From: an uncultured Bacteroidales bacterium
GTDB taxonomy: Bacteria; Bacteroidota; Bacteroidia; Bacteroidales; UBA10428
Length of the DNA stretch: 64,000 nucleotides
Assembly (NCBI GenBank): GCA_964560225.1
Contig: CAZLLD010000005.1
Location: 5,223 to 69,222, forward strand
Direction of reading: 5' to 3'
Shown here: positions 1 through 10,348 of the stretch, in pieces
How positions within the stretch are numbered: the first letter of the stretch is position 1
How the letters are laid out: the number at the start of each line of letters is the position of its first letter
Position numbers and translations under genes: made by a program
Notes under the pieces: model-generated
Told to the model about the DNA's origin: nothing
The model's input: the letters and a program-made list of their open reading frames with translations, nothing else
Database searches by the model: none

Positions 1-330
1 GACGAATCCTTGTCACTGGATGAAATGCTTCTTGAAAAATATACAGGTATCCGGCCTGCGCACGGGTATCCGGCTTGTCCTGATCATTCTGAAAAAGAAG
101 AACTGTTCAAACTGCTGCAAGCTGAACGAAATACCGGAATCAGTCTGACCGAAAGTTTCTCGATGTTGCCAGCTGCTTCGGTCAGCGGGTTGGTTTTCGC
201 CAATCCACAATCGCGTTACTTTTTTGTGGGCAACATTTCGCCCGATCAGGTGCAGGATTATGCATTGAGAAAAGAAATGCCGGTTGAGGCCATTGAATCA
301 CTGCTGGCCTCAAACCTGAATTACAAATAA
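1..330 (+). CDS. metH: Methionine synthase (cobalamin-dependent), C-terminal fragment; the gene starts upstream of the window
   Basis: The frame is open from base 1. The C-terminal activation-domain sequence [17 protein letters not shown]...[18 protein letters not shown] is typical of the MetH C-terminus. It is followed directly by metF. Confidence 0.85.
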   Translation, partial: DESLSLDEMLLEKYTGIRPAHGYPACPDHSEKEELFKLLQAERNTGISLTESFSMLPAASVSGLVFANPQSRYFFVGNISPDQVQDYALRKEMPVEAIESLLASNLNYK

Positions 331-341
331 GCTTTAAAAAC

Positions 342-1217
342 ATGAAAATAACCGACATCTTTGCTGTTTCGGAACGTACTTTTTCGTTTGAATTTTACCC
401 GCCAAAGGATGAAATCTCCGCGGTGGATTTTGGCATTAATGTAGGTCAACTACTCAAGCTTGATCCTTCTTTTGTTTCGGTCACATACGGAGCCGGTGGT
501 TCAACCCAGGAAAAAACCTTCAACCTGGTGGATTACCTGAACAATAAAATCGGGTTGAACACTATGGCTCACTATACCTGTGTAGGGTCGTCACGTAACC
601 GGGTTGACCATGACATGAGACAACTGCATCAGATTGGCATTGAAAATGTCATGCTCTTAAGAGGTGATCCGCCTAAGGGAAGTGAAAAATTTGTGCCTGC
701 TGAAAACGGATTTCATTATGCCAATGAGCTGATTAGTTTTGTAAAGGGACACGAACATGATTTTTCAATTGGAGCAGCGGCAAATCCAGAAAAGCATCCT
801 GAATCACCCAATATGGAAAACTACCTGGACAAATTGAAAATCAAATGTGATGCCGGCGCTGATTTTCTGATTACCCAGTTGTTTTTTGACAACATTGCCT
901 ATTATGAATTTGTTGACAGGGCAAGAAAACTAGGAATTACCTGCAGGATTATACCGGGAATTATCCCCATTACCAATTTCAAACAAATCAAAAGATTTGT
1001 GGATATGGCTTCTACATCGTTCCCACAGGATTTGCGTGAAAAATTGGAAATGTACCAGGATGATGCCGAGAAATCATACCAGATAGGTGTAAACCATGCT
1101 ATCAAGCAGTGTATTGACTTGTTGGAACACGGAGCCCCCGGAATTCATTTTTACACACTGAACAAATCAAGGGCTGCTGTTGATGTGTTTGAATCATTGC
1201 CCAGAACTGTCAGGTAA
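342..1217 (+). CDS. metF: 5,10-methylenetetrahydrofolate reductase
   Basis: 291 aa. FSFEFYPPK...VSVTYGAGGST...LRGDPP matches the MTHFR family pattern. Adjacent to metH. Confidence 0.9.
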   Translation: MKITDIFAVSERTFSFEFYPPKDEISAVDFGINVGQLLKLDPSFVSVTYGAGGSTQEKTFNLVDYLNNKIGLNTMAHYTCVGSSRNRVDHDMRQLHQIGIENVMLLRGDPPKGSEKFVPAENGFHYANELISFVKGHEHDFSIGAAANPEKHPESPNMENYLDKLKIKCDAGADFLITQLFFDNIAYYEFVDRARKLGITCRIIPGIIPITNFKQIKRFVDMASTSFPQDLREKLEMYQDDAEKSYQIGVNHAIKQCIDLLEHGAPGIHFYTLNKSRAAVDVFESLPRTVR

Positions 1218-1311
1218 TCGTTAATAAATAGTTAATGATGGTTACGAATTGCGAAGAAATTTGTAAAATTATATTTCTTTTAACCCTGATGTTTAACCTA
1301 ATCATTTCAAA

Positions 1312-2667
1312 ATGACACAACAGAAGAATACACAGGCCGTTGGGATGGCCTTTATGGGGATGATTTTCTTCATCTTCGGTTTTGTAACTACCTTCAATAT
1401 CACCCTGGCAGATAAATTCAAAGCTGTTTTTGATCTATCAAACTGGCAGGCTCAGCTGGTGAACGGGGCATTTTTCTTCACCTATTTTGTACTTTCATTT
1501 GCCAGTGGAAGCATCATCAAGAAAATCGGATACAAATCCGGTGTTATTCTGGGTCTTGTGCTGGTGGCCATTGGCAGTTTCCTGTTCTTCCCTGCTGCTA
1601 AGGTTCCGTCATTTCCTTTCTTCCTGTTTGCCATTTTTGTTATGGCCAGCGGCGTGGTTTTTTTGCAGGTGGCAGCCAATCCTTACGTAACTGCGCTGGG
1701 CCCCTCGGAAACTGCATCAGGTCGTTTAAATCTTACACAGGCATTGAATTCCATTGCTACCACTCTGGCTCCTATTATTGCCAGTGTTTTTGTATTCAAA
1801 ACAGCTGCCGAAAGCGCGCTTGACTCCGCGCTGACACCGGCTCAAACAGCTGCGCAATCAGTCCCGGTACCATTCATCATCATTGGAATCCTGGTACTCA
1901 TTATCGCCATAGTGATTTATGTGCTGAAACTCCCTGTAATTTCCACAACCGGAGAGCAGAAAAAAAGTGTATGGAAATACCCACACGTAATACTCGGAGC
2001 TTTGGGTATATTCTTTTATGTAGGTGCCGAGGTGGGAAGTGCCGCGCTTATTCAGCGCTATGTTCAGGAAGCCGATCCGAATATCACAGGAACCATGGCC
2101 GCCAAAATGATAGCCCTTTACTGGGGTGGCGCTATGATTGGCCGTTTTTATGCGTCCTTTATGCTTTCGAATGTGGAGAAAAACAAGAAATACCTGTATT
2201 CCTTGCTGGTACTCATACTGGCCTTTGTGGTAGGCTGGTATGTAAGGGACAATGTTACCGACGGCCTTATCTTTGTAGGAATTGCCTTTGTTAATTACCT
2301 GGCCATGCAGCTTGGCAGTGGCAAGGCCAATAAAACTCTGGCTGTTTTTGCTGCCATTGCAGCAATGCTGGCACTGGCCACCATGTTGGTACCTTCAAAC
2401 CTGATCCTTTGGGTAGGTTGCTCAATCGGATTCTTCAACTCGGTTATGTTCCCCAATATTTTCGCGTTGGGTGTGGATGGTCTGGACAAGGGTGAATTGA
2501 GCACTGCTTCCGGTATTATCAATACGCTGATTGTGGGTGGTGCCATTGTGCCTGTTTTGATGGGTGCGGTTGCCGACAGCTTTGGAGTTAAGTTCGCCTT
2601 TATACTGCCTATTATTTGTTATGCCTACATTGCATTCTTTGCACTGGTGGGCAGCAAGCATAAATAG
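1312..2667 (+). CDS. MFS sugar transporter, FucP/GluP (fucose or glucose/galactose:H+ symporter) type
   Basis: 451 aa with about 12 predicted hydrophobic helices. The N-terminal FFIFGFVTTFN...LAD-KF pattern is typical of the FucP/GluP subfamily. Confidence 0.7.
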   Translation: MTQQKNTQAVGMAFMGMIFFIFGFVTTFNITLADKFKAVFDLSNWQAQLVNGAFFFTYFVLSFASGSIIKKIGYKSGVILGLVLVAIGSFLFFPAAKVPSFPFFLFAIFVMASGVVFLQVAANPYVTALGPSETASGRLNLTQALNSIATTLAPIIASVFVFKTAAESALDSALTPAQTAAQSVPVPFIIIGILVLIIAIVIYVLKLPVISTTGEQKKSVWKYPHVILGALGIFFYVGAEVGSAALIQRYVQEADPNITGTMAAKMIALYWGGAMIGRFYASFMLSNVEKNKKYLYSLLVLILAFVVGWYVRDNVTDGLIFVGIAFVNYLAMQLGSGKANKTLAVFAAIAAMLALATMLVPSNLILWVGCSIGFFNSVMFPNIFALGVDGLDKGELSTASGIINTLIVGGAIVPVLMGAVADSFGVKFAFILPIICYAYIAFFALVGSKHK

Positions 2668-2692
2668 CCTGACCATATACTTTTGTATAACG

Positions 2693-2729
2693 AAAAAAGG
2701 GTGCCTTACGGAAGAGACACCCTTTTTTT
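2693..2729. terminator. Bidirectional rho-independent terminator between convergent genes
   Basis: Stem AAGGGTG / CACCCTT, flanked by an A6 run on one side and a T7 run on the other. It lies between the stop at 2667 (+) and the stop at 2751 (-). Confidence 0.6.
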
Positions 2730-2750
2730 ATGCTGACTGCCAGATGTGTT

Positions 2751-3383
2751 TCAGAATTTGTATCCAAGGGAAATACTGATTGCCCTGTTTTGCATTTTAT
2801 TCCCGTTTTCTGTATCAGGAGCAATATTGGCCAGACCCAAAGAATAATAGGCTCCAACAGTGAAACCCATTACTTCGGCCCCAATACCAAATTTTGCACC
2901 ATAATCCAGTCTTTTGGCATCGGCATCTTCTCCATCACCCCATTCAATGTCCTGTGATTCCTTCTCACCATCAACTTTAGTTACAGTCTTTCCGGTTATT
3001 CCAAATCCGACATAGGGACCAACAGCACCGAATACTTTCGCCGGGCCGAAGGAAGGGCCTACCTTAACCAGAACAGGAACATCTGCAAAAAGCATATTGA
3101 AACGGATGTAATTGTCTCCATTAGAAATTTGGGTTCCCCGTGAATCAACAAGAGCTCCCAATTCCACTGCAATCAGATCACCTATTCCCATTTCCAGTGT
3201 TACTCCGCCATTGAATCCCAGCTTGTTCTCATAACCCCATTCATCGGCATAATCCATGTCATCATCCTTTTGGACCAGCGTGGTCAAATTAATTCCACCC
3301 TGAATGCCAAATTTTTGTGCAAAGGTTGGTGCACTTAAAATGACAAGCAAAAAGATAAAAAGTAATTTACTTAGATTTTTCAT
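2751..3383 (-). CDS. Outer-membrane beta-barrel protein (OmpA-like / porin family barrel), paralog 1
   Basis: 210 aa. Signal peptide MKNLSKLLFIFLLVILSAPTFAQ, alternating beta-strand pattern, and C-terminal ...ISISLGYKF with a terminal aromatic residue. Confidence 0.6.
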   Translation of the reverse strand: MKNLSKLLFIFLLVILSAPTFAQKFGIQGGINLTTLVQKDDDMDYADEWGYENKLGFNGGVTLEMGIGDLIAVELGALVDSRGTQISNGDNYIRFNMLFADVPVLVKVGPSFGPAKVFGAVGPYVGFGITGKTVTKVDGEKESQDIEWGDGEDADAKRLDYGAKFGIGAEVMGFTVGAYYSLGLANIAPDTENGNKMQNRAISISLGYKF

Positions 3384-3403
3384 TGGTATCAGTGTGTGTT
3401 AAT

Positions 3404-3430
3404 GCCTACTCTTTGGTTTTCGGCTTCCCC
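3404..3430 (-). promoter_or_regulatory. Conserved 27-nt leader block upstream of OMP paralog 1. mRNA sense: GGGGAAGCCGAAAACCAAAGAGTAGGC
   Basis: 25/27 identical to 4176-4202. Both copies lie exactly 20 nt upstream of their start codon. Confidence 0.4.
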
Positions 3431-3502
3431 GCCAACAGATTGGTTTCAATCAGAAGGCAAGTATTAAACGCCAAGTATTCCGGCAAGGTTACAGGCAGTG
3501 AT

Positions 3503-3533
3503 AAAAAAGCCCGTTCTGTTTGACCGGGCTTTT
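3503..3533 (-). terminator. Rho-independent terminator downstream of OMP paralog 2
   Basis: Minus-strand sequence AGCCCG-gtcaaacagaa-CGGGCT followed by TTTTTT. It lies 8 nt after the stop at 3541. Confidence 0.55.
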
Positions 3534-3540
3534 CATACTG

Positions 3541-4155
3541 CTACAGTACAACAGTAACACCAAATTCTATTCCGAAGGTACCGATTACATTCTTATAGTC
3601 ATTTTCATTGTGATCTTTGTCCTTATAAGAAATACTCTGATAACCAAGTCCGGCATCAACGGATACGTGATCGTTCAGGAAATAGGCACCACCCAATTTG
3701 AACTGGAATCCGAGTACATTTGTTGTGGTGGTTTCTGTTCCATCAAAGGTAGGAATCTTTTCTTTTTGGCTACCTGCACCCATTGCAACTTCAGCAAATG
3801 GCTTGATGGGTGCTGTGCCATAATAGTACCTTGCAAAAGGAGCAAACATAATCATTGCTGATGAATACCGATCGTTAGCTCCGTCGGGTTTGTATGAGTC
3901 AATAGACAGATCAAGTTGTAGTCCGACTGCCAGTCCGTCTATTACAAAGAAGCCAGCCTGCGGGGTAAAAGAGAGCACAATCCCTTTACCAGCAGTACCA
4001 TCACCATCATCGGATTTGTATTTTTCGGTATAGGCACCAAATACCATGGAACTAGACCCTCCCAATAAAATTTTACCGGCAGTGGTTTGGGCATTCAGTG
4101 ATAAAACAAATAAGGAGAGTAATGCAACAACGAGTAATTTTCTCAGGTTTTTCAT
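3541..4155 (-). CDS. Outer-membrane beta-barrel protein, paralog 2
   Basis: 204 aa. Signal peptide MKNLRKLLVVALLSLFVLSLNAQ and an alternating amphipathic strand pattern. In tandem with 2751-3383. Confidence 0.6.
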   Translation of the reverse strand: MKNLRKLLVVALLSLFVLSLNAQTTAGKILLGGSSSMVFGAYTEKYKSDDGDGTAGKGIVLSFTPQAGFFVIDGLAVGLQLDLSIDSYKPDGANDRYSSAMIMFAPFARYYYGTAPIKPFAEVAMGAGSQKEKIPTFDGTETTTTNVLGFQFKLGGAYFLNDHVSVDAGLGYQSISYKDKDHNENDYKNVIGTFGIEFGVTVVL

Positions 4156-4175
4156 TTTGTATCAGTTTAATTAAG

Positions 4176-4202
4176 GCCTACTCTATGGTTTTCGGCATCC
4201 CC
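4176..4202 (-). promoter_or_regulatory. Conserved 27-nt leader block upstream of OMP paralog 2. mRNA sense: GGGGATGCCGAAAACCATAGAGTAGGC
   Basis: 25/27 identical to 3404-3430, with the same 20-nt spacing to the ATG. Confidence 0.4.
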
Positions 4203-4326
4203 TTTTATTTTAACCGTATTTCAAAGTGTTTATTGTAATACAGTTATAAATTACACCATAATACCAACATAAACAAGTACAAGCCGAAATAGTTTGATTT
4301 GAAGCTTCAGGCAGGTCAGCAATTAA

Positions 4327-4902
4327 TCATATCATATTGGCTTCCCAGATGACATAAGCGCTTAAGGCAAACTTGGCAAATCGCGAAAAAGAAAGAAATA
4401 TGTATTTGCGCACCGGATAGTGAACCGAACCCACTAACATGGCCACGCCTGAAAAGGGTATGGGAGTCAGCGATGCAACCAGGATCAGGTAGAGGCCATA
4501 TTCCTGAAGAAGCAACTCCGTCTTTTGGAGATAACGTTCGCGCAGATACCCGTAAAGGCGTGTATTGTGAAGGTACCTGCCAAAGAAATAGGCAGTTAAT
4601 CCGGCTAAATAAGATATTATTGTCAGCAGTAAAGCATACATTATATATACATGCAGATCACCACCACGAAGCGACCAGATCAGGAACAGCTCAGGAGGAA
4701 CGATCCCTATGAAAAGCTCAGACATGGAAAAGATGAACAGGATCAGGCCGGTTTTCTCAAATATCGGTTCAAACCGCAACAGTATATCTTTGTCGATTTG
4801 GTGCTTGCTGAAAACGAAAAGGGCAACAATAACCGCCAGCCACAATAATCCTTTGGCAAGGTTACGCAAGAAAAAAGCAGATCTTTTCTCCTGCTGCTCC
4901 AT
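4327..4902 (-). CDS. Small integral membrane protein, DedA/YqaA (VTT-domain)-like
   Basis: 191 aa with 4-5 hydrophobic helices and motifs ...GIVPPELFL... and LTPIPFSG.... Its start overlaps the folE stop by 1 nt, so the two are probably co-transcribed. Confidence 0.4.
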   Translation of the reverse strand: MEQQEKRSAFFLRNLAKGLLWLAVIVALFVFSKHQIDKDILLRFEPIFEKTGLILFIFSMSELFIGIVPPELFLIWSLRGGDLHVYIMYALLLTIISYLAGLTAYFFGRYLHNTRLYGYLRERYLQKTELLLQEYGLYLILVASLTPIPFSGVAMLVGSVHYPVRKYIFLSFSRFAKFALSAYVIWEANMI

Positions 4903-5540
4903 CAGTGCAATTTAATGCCAATCATGTGTACAAATTCCTCGCGGGTCCGGTTATCCTTCAAAAAGCACCCGGTAAAAGCAGAAGTGGTAGTAACGGAATT
5001 CTGCTTTTGTACGCCGCGCATGACCATGCATAAGTGTTTTGCCTCGATAACCACAGCTACCCCAAGTGGATTCAATGTTTCCTGGATGCAATCGCGGATT
5101 TGCATGGTGAGCCGCTCTTGTACCTGGAGCCTGCGGGAATAGGCTTCAACCACCCTTGCAATTTTACTGAGCCCGGTGATATAGCCATTGGGTATGTATG
5201 CAACATGGGCTTTACCAAAAAATGGGACCATATGATGTTCACAGAGTGAATAGAGTTCAATGTCTTTTACAATAACCATCTGCTTGTAATCCTCATGAAA
5301 TTTAGACGCACCCAGGATCTCCTCAGGTTTGATGAAGTAACCATGCGTAAAAAACTGCATGGCTTTGGCAACCCTTTCGGGTGTATCCAGAAGGCCTTCA
5401 CGGCAGGGATCTTCGCCCAGGTTCATCAGGATCTTTCTGTATAAAGAGGCGAGCGATTTGGTTTTGCGACCGTTGAATTTATCAATCCGCTCAAATCCGG
5501 CTTCAACTATGCCTTCGATTACAGGTTTTTTTTCTTCCAT
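4902..5540 (-). CDS. folE: GTP cyclohydrolase I
   Basis: 212 aa. The [18 protein letters not shown] and [15 protein letters not shown] motifs are diagnostic of FolE type I. Confidence 0.92.
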   Translation of the reverse strand: MEEKKPVIEGIVEAGFERIDKFNGRKTKSLASLYRKILMNLGEDPCREGLLDTPERVAKAMQFFTHGYFIKPEEILGASKFHEDYKQMVIVKDIELYSLCEHHMVPFFGKAHVAYIPNGYITGLSKIARVVEAYSRRLQVQERLTMQIRDCIQETLNPLGVAVVIEAKHLCMVMRGVQKQNSVTTTSAFTGCFLKDNRTREEFVHMIGIKLH

Positions 5541-5675
5541 GAAAAAATCCGATTAAAATGTACCCATTCTTAACTATTCACGTATGACTTCTTTAGATGT
5601 CTTATAATTTAAGTGTCGTAGCTGATTGCAAAATTAGAAACTTTTTGAAATGCTGCCAGCAAATTCAATCATACC

Positions 5676-6368
5676 ATGAAAATTCTTATTGTGGCTTCAT
5701 CCAACAGTGAAGTCAAACTGCTCAAAGATAAACTGACTTATGTTGCCAAGGTATTCGGTAACATGCACAATTACAAACTTGGTAACCTCGATATTGATAT
5801 TCTTGTTCCGGGGTACGGAAGTACCTTCATGGCTTACCACCTGACCCGGGCACTGAATACCTATAGCTACGACCTGGCTATTAACATGGGTATTGCCGGA
5901 AGTTTTGACTACTTTCTTGAATTGGGCTTTGTGGTGAATGTGGTTCAGGACCAGTTTGCTGATTTGGGTTTCGAAGAAAAGGACTCATTTTTCACGCTGG
6001 GAGAGAAAGAATTGCTCGATCAGGATTCATTTCCTTTCACCGGTGAGATTCTGAGAAGTCTGGGCAGCTTTGAAATTGACGTGGTGGAATCTCTGATCCC
6101 GGTAAAAGCCATTACCGTGAATATGCTTCATGGCAGACAGGATACCATTCAAAAAGTAAAAAGCAGGTTTAAATGTGAAATCGAAACCATGGCCGGTGCT
6201 GCTTTTTTCTATACCTGTCTGATGGAGAAAATACCATTCCTGCAAATCAGATCTATCTCCTATTTTGTTGAATTGCGCAAGGTCGACAACTGGAACCACC
6301 CGCTGGCATTGAATAACCTTACCGCCACAATCCTCGAAATTCTTGAGGAATTGCGCCTTGACAAATAG
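5676..6368 (+). CDS. mqnB: Futalosine hydrolase-like nucleosidase (PNP/UDP phosphorylase fold)
   Basis: 230 aa. MKILIVASSNSE..., GIAGSF, and ETMAGAAFFYTC...PFLQIRSIS resemble MqnB and MTA nucleosidase-family proteins. Confidence 0.5.
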   Translation: MKILIVASSNSEVKLLKDKLTYVAKVFGNMHNYKLGNLDIDILVPGYGSTFMAYHLTRALNTYSYDLAINMGIAGSFDYFLELGFVVNVVQDQFADLGFEEKDSFFTLGEKELLDQDSFPFTGEILRSLGSFEIDVVESLIPVKAITVNMLHGRQDTIQKVKSRFKCEIETMAGAAFFYTCLMEKIPFLQIRSISYFVELRKVDNWNHPLALNNLTATILEILEELRLDK

Positions 6369-6427
6369 AAGTTTGATTAATTTCGCTGAAATTACCTTTC
6401 TTTGCATCTGATATTAATAACGATACT

Positions 6428-7393
6428 ATGATTGTAATTACCGGTGCAGCAGGTTTTATTGGCAGCAACGCAGTAGGCTTCATGAACATGAACGGGGCCA
6501 CGAATCTGGTTTTGGTAGATGATTTCAGCAGCGAAGAAAAAAACAGGAATCTGACGGGTAAAGGATACCTTGCACAGCTTAACCGCGATCATTATCAGGA
6601 TTGGATACATAAGAACCACTCCGATGTTGAATTTGTCATTCATCTGGGCGCAAGGACCAACACTGCTGAATTTGACAAATCCATCTTTGACAGGCTGAAC
6701 CTGGTATATTCAAAAATGGTTTGGCAGGCCTGTTCGAAATATAACCTGCCACTGATTTACGCCTCTTCTGCTGCCACTTATGGCAACGGGGAACTTGGAT
6801 ACAACGACGATCATGAGGTTGTGAGCAGGCTGGTTCCCCTGAATCCTTACGGGGAATCCAAAAACGACTTCGACAAATGGGCCCTTTCACAGTCAGATCA
6901 ACCGCCTTTTTGGGCCGGACTGAAATTCTTCAATGTTTATGGCCCTAATGAATATCATAAAGGACGCATGGCCTCGGTTATTTTTCATGCATTTAACCAG
7001 ATCAGGCAGACCGGTCGGATGAAGTTGTTCCGGTCACACAAACCCGGCATCTCTGATGGCGGCCAAAGCCGTGATTTTGTTTATGTGAAAGACCTGGTGA
7101 ATGTGATTTATTGGTTATACAGAAATCAACCTGCTTCGGGGATCTACAACCTGGGTACCGGTAAGGCACGTACTTTTCTGGATCTCACCGCAGCTACCTT
7201 TCATGCCATGGATTTGGAACCGGCAATTGATTTCATTGATACTCCGATTGACATCAGGGACAAGTACCAGTATTTTACAGAAGCCCGGATGGAGAAACTT
7301 ATCAGGGCAGGATACCACAAGCCTTTTACAACTCTTGAAGAGGGTGTGGATGATTATGTGAGGAACTATCTGGTCGGCGGAAAAACAATCTGA
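6428..7393 (+). CDS. hldD: ADP-L-glycero-D-manno-heptose 6-epimerase
   Basis: 321 aa. ITGAAGFIGSN Rossmann motif, YASSAATYG, and FFNVYGPNEYHKGRMASV closely parallel E. coli HldD (RfaD). Confidence 0.85.
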   Translation: MIVITGAAGFIGSNAVGFMNMNGATNLVLVDDFSSEEKNRNLTGKGYLAQLNRDHYQDWIHKNHSDVEFVIHLGARTNTAEFDKSIFDRLNLVYSKMVWQACSKYNLPLIYASSAATYGNGELGYNDDHEVVSRLVPLNPYGESKNDFDKWALSQSDQPPFWAGLKFFNVYGPNEYHKGRMASVIFHAFNQIRQTGRMKLFRSHKPGISDGGQSRDFVYVKDLVNVIYWLYRNQPASGIYNLGTGKARTFLDLTAATFHAMDLEPAIDFIDTPIDIRDKYQYFTEARMEKLIRAGYHKPFTTLEEGVDDYVRNYLVGGKTI

Positions 7394-7513
7394 ATCTGAT
7401 TCGCTGAATCATTGAACCAGGCTTCAGATTCTCAGAAACGTCGGCGATTGACAATTTCATGAGCAGATCAAACCAAAGTGTCCTGAGGTTGTTATCATAT
7501 TAAACTGATCTGA

Positions 7514-10333
7514 ATGCTGATGGACAAGTTCTCGTTTATTGGAAACAGTGATGTAAAGGCTATTGAAAGCCTTTATCAGCTCTATCTTGAAAATCCCGAT
7601 GCACTCGAAGACAGCTGGAAAACCTTCTTTGCAGGTTTTGAATTTGCCATGAAGTTCAGAAATAACAGAACTGAAGCAAATGAACAACTTGACAAAGAGT
7701 TCAGGGTTCTCAATTATATTGATGCATTCCGAAAAAGAGGACATCTTTTTACCCAAACCAACCCGGTAAGAACACGAAGGAAGTACACCCCCACCCTTGA
7801 TCCTGAAAATTACAACCTGTCAGCATCTGATCTCGACACGGTGTTTCATGCAGGAACAGAAATAGGTATCGGGAATACTTCACTCCGGGAGATCATCGGG
7901 CACCTTAAGGCAACCTATTGCCAGTCAGTGGGTGCTGAATACATGTATATCAGGGCGCCTGAAAAGATCAAATGGTTGCAAAACAGAATTGAAGGGAGCA
8001 GAAACCATACTGATTTTGATGCTGCAACAAAACTGGACATTTTCAATCATCTGAAGAAAGCGGCAGGGTTTGAAAACTTCATTCACAAGCGGTTTGTGGG
8101 TCACAAACGGTTTTCGCTTGAAGGTTCCGAAACCCTGATTCCTGCGCTGCACTACCTGATAGTAAAAGGTGCTTCCATGGGTGTACAGGAGTATTTTTTC
8201 AGCATGGCCCACAGGGGACGACTCAATGTGCTGGCCAATATCATTGAGAAACCCTATGAAAACATATTCCAGGAATTCAGCGCGGAACAATATGAAGAAA
8301 AAATCGCGCTGGGAGATGTTAAATATCATTTGGGATACTGCAATAGGCTGACACTGCCCGGTGACAAAACGGTGGAGGTCCACCTGGTTCCGAACCCATC
8401 ACATCTGGAATCTGCTTCACCTGTCATTGAAGGCATTGCACGCGGCATTGCAGAAAATACATACCAGGGAGACTTTTCAAAGATACTACCGGTCATTATT
8501 CACGGTGATGCAGCAATTGCAGGACAGGGAGTTGTTTATGAGGTTGTACAGATGTCGGCATTACCCGGTTTTAAAACCGGCGGCACCATTCATATAGTTG
8601 TCAACAACCAGGTGGGATTCACCACCAATTACCTCGACGGAAGATCAAGCACTTATTGTACCGATGTGGCCAAGGTAATCAAGGCACCCGTTTTTCATGT
8701 AAACGGCGACGATGCGGAAGCCCTGGTTCACACGATGCTGATGGCCATGGAATACAGGCAGGCTTTCTCATCTGATGTTTTTATTGATATTCTGTCATAC
8801 CGCAAGTACGGTCACAACGAAACAGATGAACCCCGATACTCACAACCTACACTTTACATGGCCATTGCCAATCACCCCAATCCGCGTGACATATACGCCG
8901 GCATACTGGTGGAAGAAGGAATTCTTACCAATGAGGAAATCAAAAATCAGATCAATGACTTCAATTCCTTCCTCGAAGAAAAGCTGAAAATTTCAACGGG
9001 AATGGGTAAGGTATATATCCAACGATTCCTTAATAACCTTTGGAAACAATTCAAACACGCGCGGAAAGAAGATTTCGACAAGTACTGGGATTATGATATT
9101 TCGGTTGAACTGATTCAGCATATCGGAAGAAAGATCAACTACCTGCCAGCTGACCTGCGATTCATCGACAAAACACGAAAACTGACTGAGGAACGCACCC
9201 AGATGCTGGAAAATGGTAAAGTCGACTGGGCATTGGCCGAATTACTGGCATACGGAAGCCTTGTATACAAAGGTCATCCGGTAAGGGTGAGCGGACAGGA
9301 TACTGTCAGAGGCACTTTTGCCCACCGACATGCAGCCCACGTAATTGAAGACACCGACCAGGTATATGTTCCGTTGAAACACATCGACTCGAACCAGGCC
9401 TCATTTTCGGTATACAATTCACCGCTGAATGAATACGGGGTAATGGGGTTTGAATATGGTTATGCCCTGGCCAATCCGAACGGACTTACCATTTGGGAGG
9501 CCCAGTTTGGCGATTTTGCGAATGTTGCCCAGGTCATTATTGATCAATACATCAGCTCGGCCGAAGAAAAATGGGGACTGATGAATGGACTGGTCTTGTA
9601 CCTGCCTCATGGGTTTGAAGGCCAGGGACCGGAACATTCAAGCGCACGGATTGAAAGAATGTTATTGCTGGCCGCCCGAAATAACATGCAGATAGTTAAT
9701 CCTTCGACTCCGGCAAACCTGTTTCACCTGTTGCAGATAAGTATCAACCGGAATTTCAGAGTGCCTTTGATTGTATTCACACCCAAAAGTCTGTTACGGC
9801 ACCCGGCTTGTATTTCTGCGGTTGCTGAACTGGCAAACGGCAGATTTCAGGAGGTTATTGATGATCCGGATGTAGATGTCAGCGAAGTCAGAAGACTGGT
9901 GTTTTGCTCTGGAAAAATATACTATGACCTGCTGGCACGGAAAACTGCGTATGAGGCTAAGGATATTGCACTGGTAAGAATTGAACAGCTTCACCCCTTC
10001 CCTGCTTCCCGGGTCGACCAGCTCCTGAAAAAGTATTCCAACGCCCTGATTACTTTATGGGTTCAGGAAGAACCTGGCAATATGGGGCCCTGGCGGCATA
10101 TCCGGCATGAGTTTGGAGACAGGCAGATCATCCCGGTATACCGTCAGCCAAGCGGGAGTCCGGCAACCGGACTGTTAAAGGTGCATCAGATCAGCCAGGA
10201 AGAGATCATCTCAAAAGTATTCCGCAAGTGTGAGTGTGACCTGAAGCGCAAGTATTGCGGATTGCAGTGCGCTGTAGGTAGCAGGCGTGAAGAAATACTG
10301 AAAAGCTACAGCTATTTCCCTGAAAAAACTTAA
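7514..10333 (+). CDS. sucA: 2-oxoglutarate dehydrogenase E1 component
   Basis: 939 aa. HRGRLNVLAN, the GDAA.AGQGVV.E ThDP motif, and the typical E1o length. Followed by the E2 gene. Confidence 0.93.
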   Translation: MLMDKFSFIGNSDVKAIESLYQLYLENPDALEDSWKTFFAGFEFAMKFRNNRTEANEQLDKEFRVLNYIDAFRKRGHLFTQTNPVRTRRKYTPTLDPENYNLSASDLDTVFHAGTEIGIGNTSLREIIGHLKATYCQSVGAEYMYIRAPEKIKWLQNRIEGSRNHTDFDAATKLDIFNHLKKAAGFENFIHKRFVGHKRFSLEGSETLIPALHYLIVKGASMGVQEYFFSMAHRGRLNVLANIIEKPYENIFQEFSAEQYEEKIALGDVKYHLGYCNRLTLPGDKTVEVHLVPNPSHLESASPVIEGIARGIAENTYQGDFSKILPVIIHGDAAIAGQGVVYEVVQMSALPGFKTGGTIHIVVNNQVGFTTNYLDGRSSTYCTDVAKVIKAPVFHVNGDDAEALVHTMLMAMEYRQAFSSDVFIDILSYRKYGHNETDEPRYSQPTLYMAIANHPNPRDIYAGILVEEGILTNEEIKNQINDFNSFLEEKLKISTGMGKVYIQRFLNNLWKQFKHARKEDFDKYWDYDISVELIQHIGRKINYLPADLRFIDKTRKLTEERTQMLENGKVDWALAELLAYGSLVYKGHPVRVSGQDTVRGTFAHRHAAHVIEDTDQVYVPLKHIDSNQASFSVYNSPLNEYGVMGFEYGYALANPNGLTIWEAQFGDFANVAQVIIDQYISSAEEKWGLMNGLVLYLPHGFEGQGPEHSSARIERMLLLAARNNMQIVNPSTPANLFHLLQISINRNFRVPLIVFTPKSLLRHPACISAVAELANGRFQEVIDDPDVDVSEVRRLVFCSGKIYYDLLARKTAYEAKDIALVRIEQLHPFPASRVDQLLKKYSNALITLWVQEEPGNMGPWRHIRHEFGDRQIIPVYRQPSGSPATGLLKVHQISQEEIISKVFRKCECDLKRKYCGLQCAVGSRREEILKSYSYFPEKT

Positions 10334-10348
10334 TGCTGTTAAACTGCC

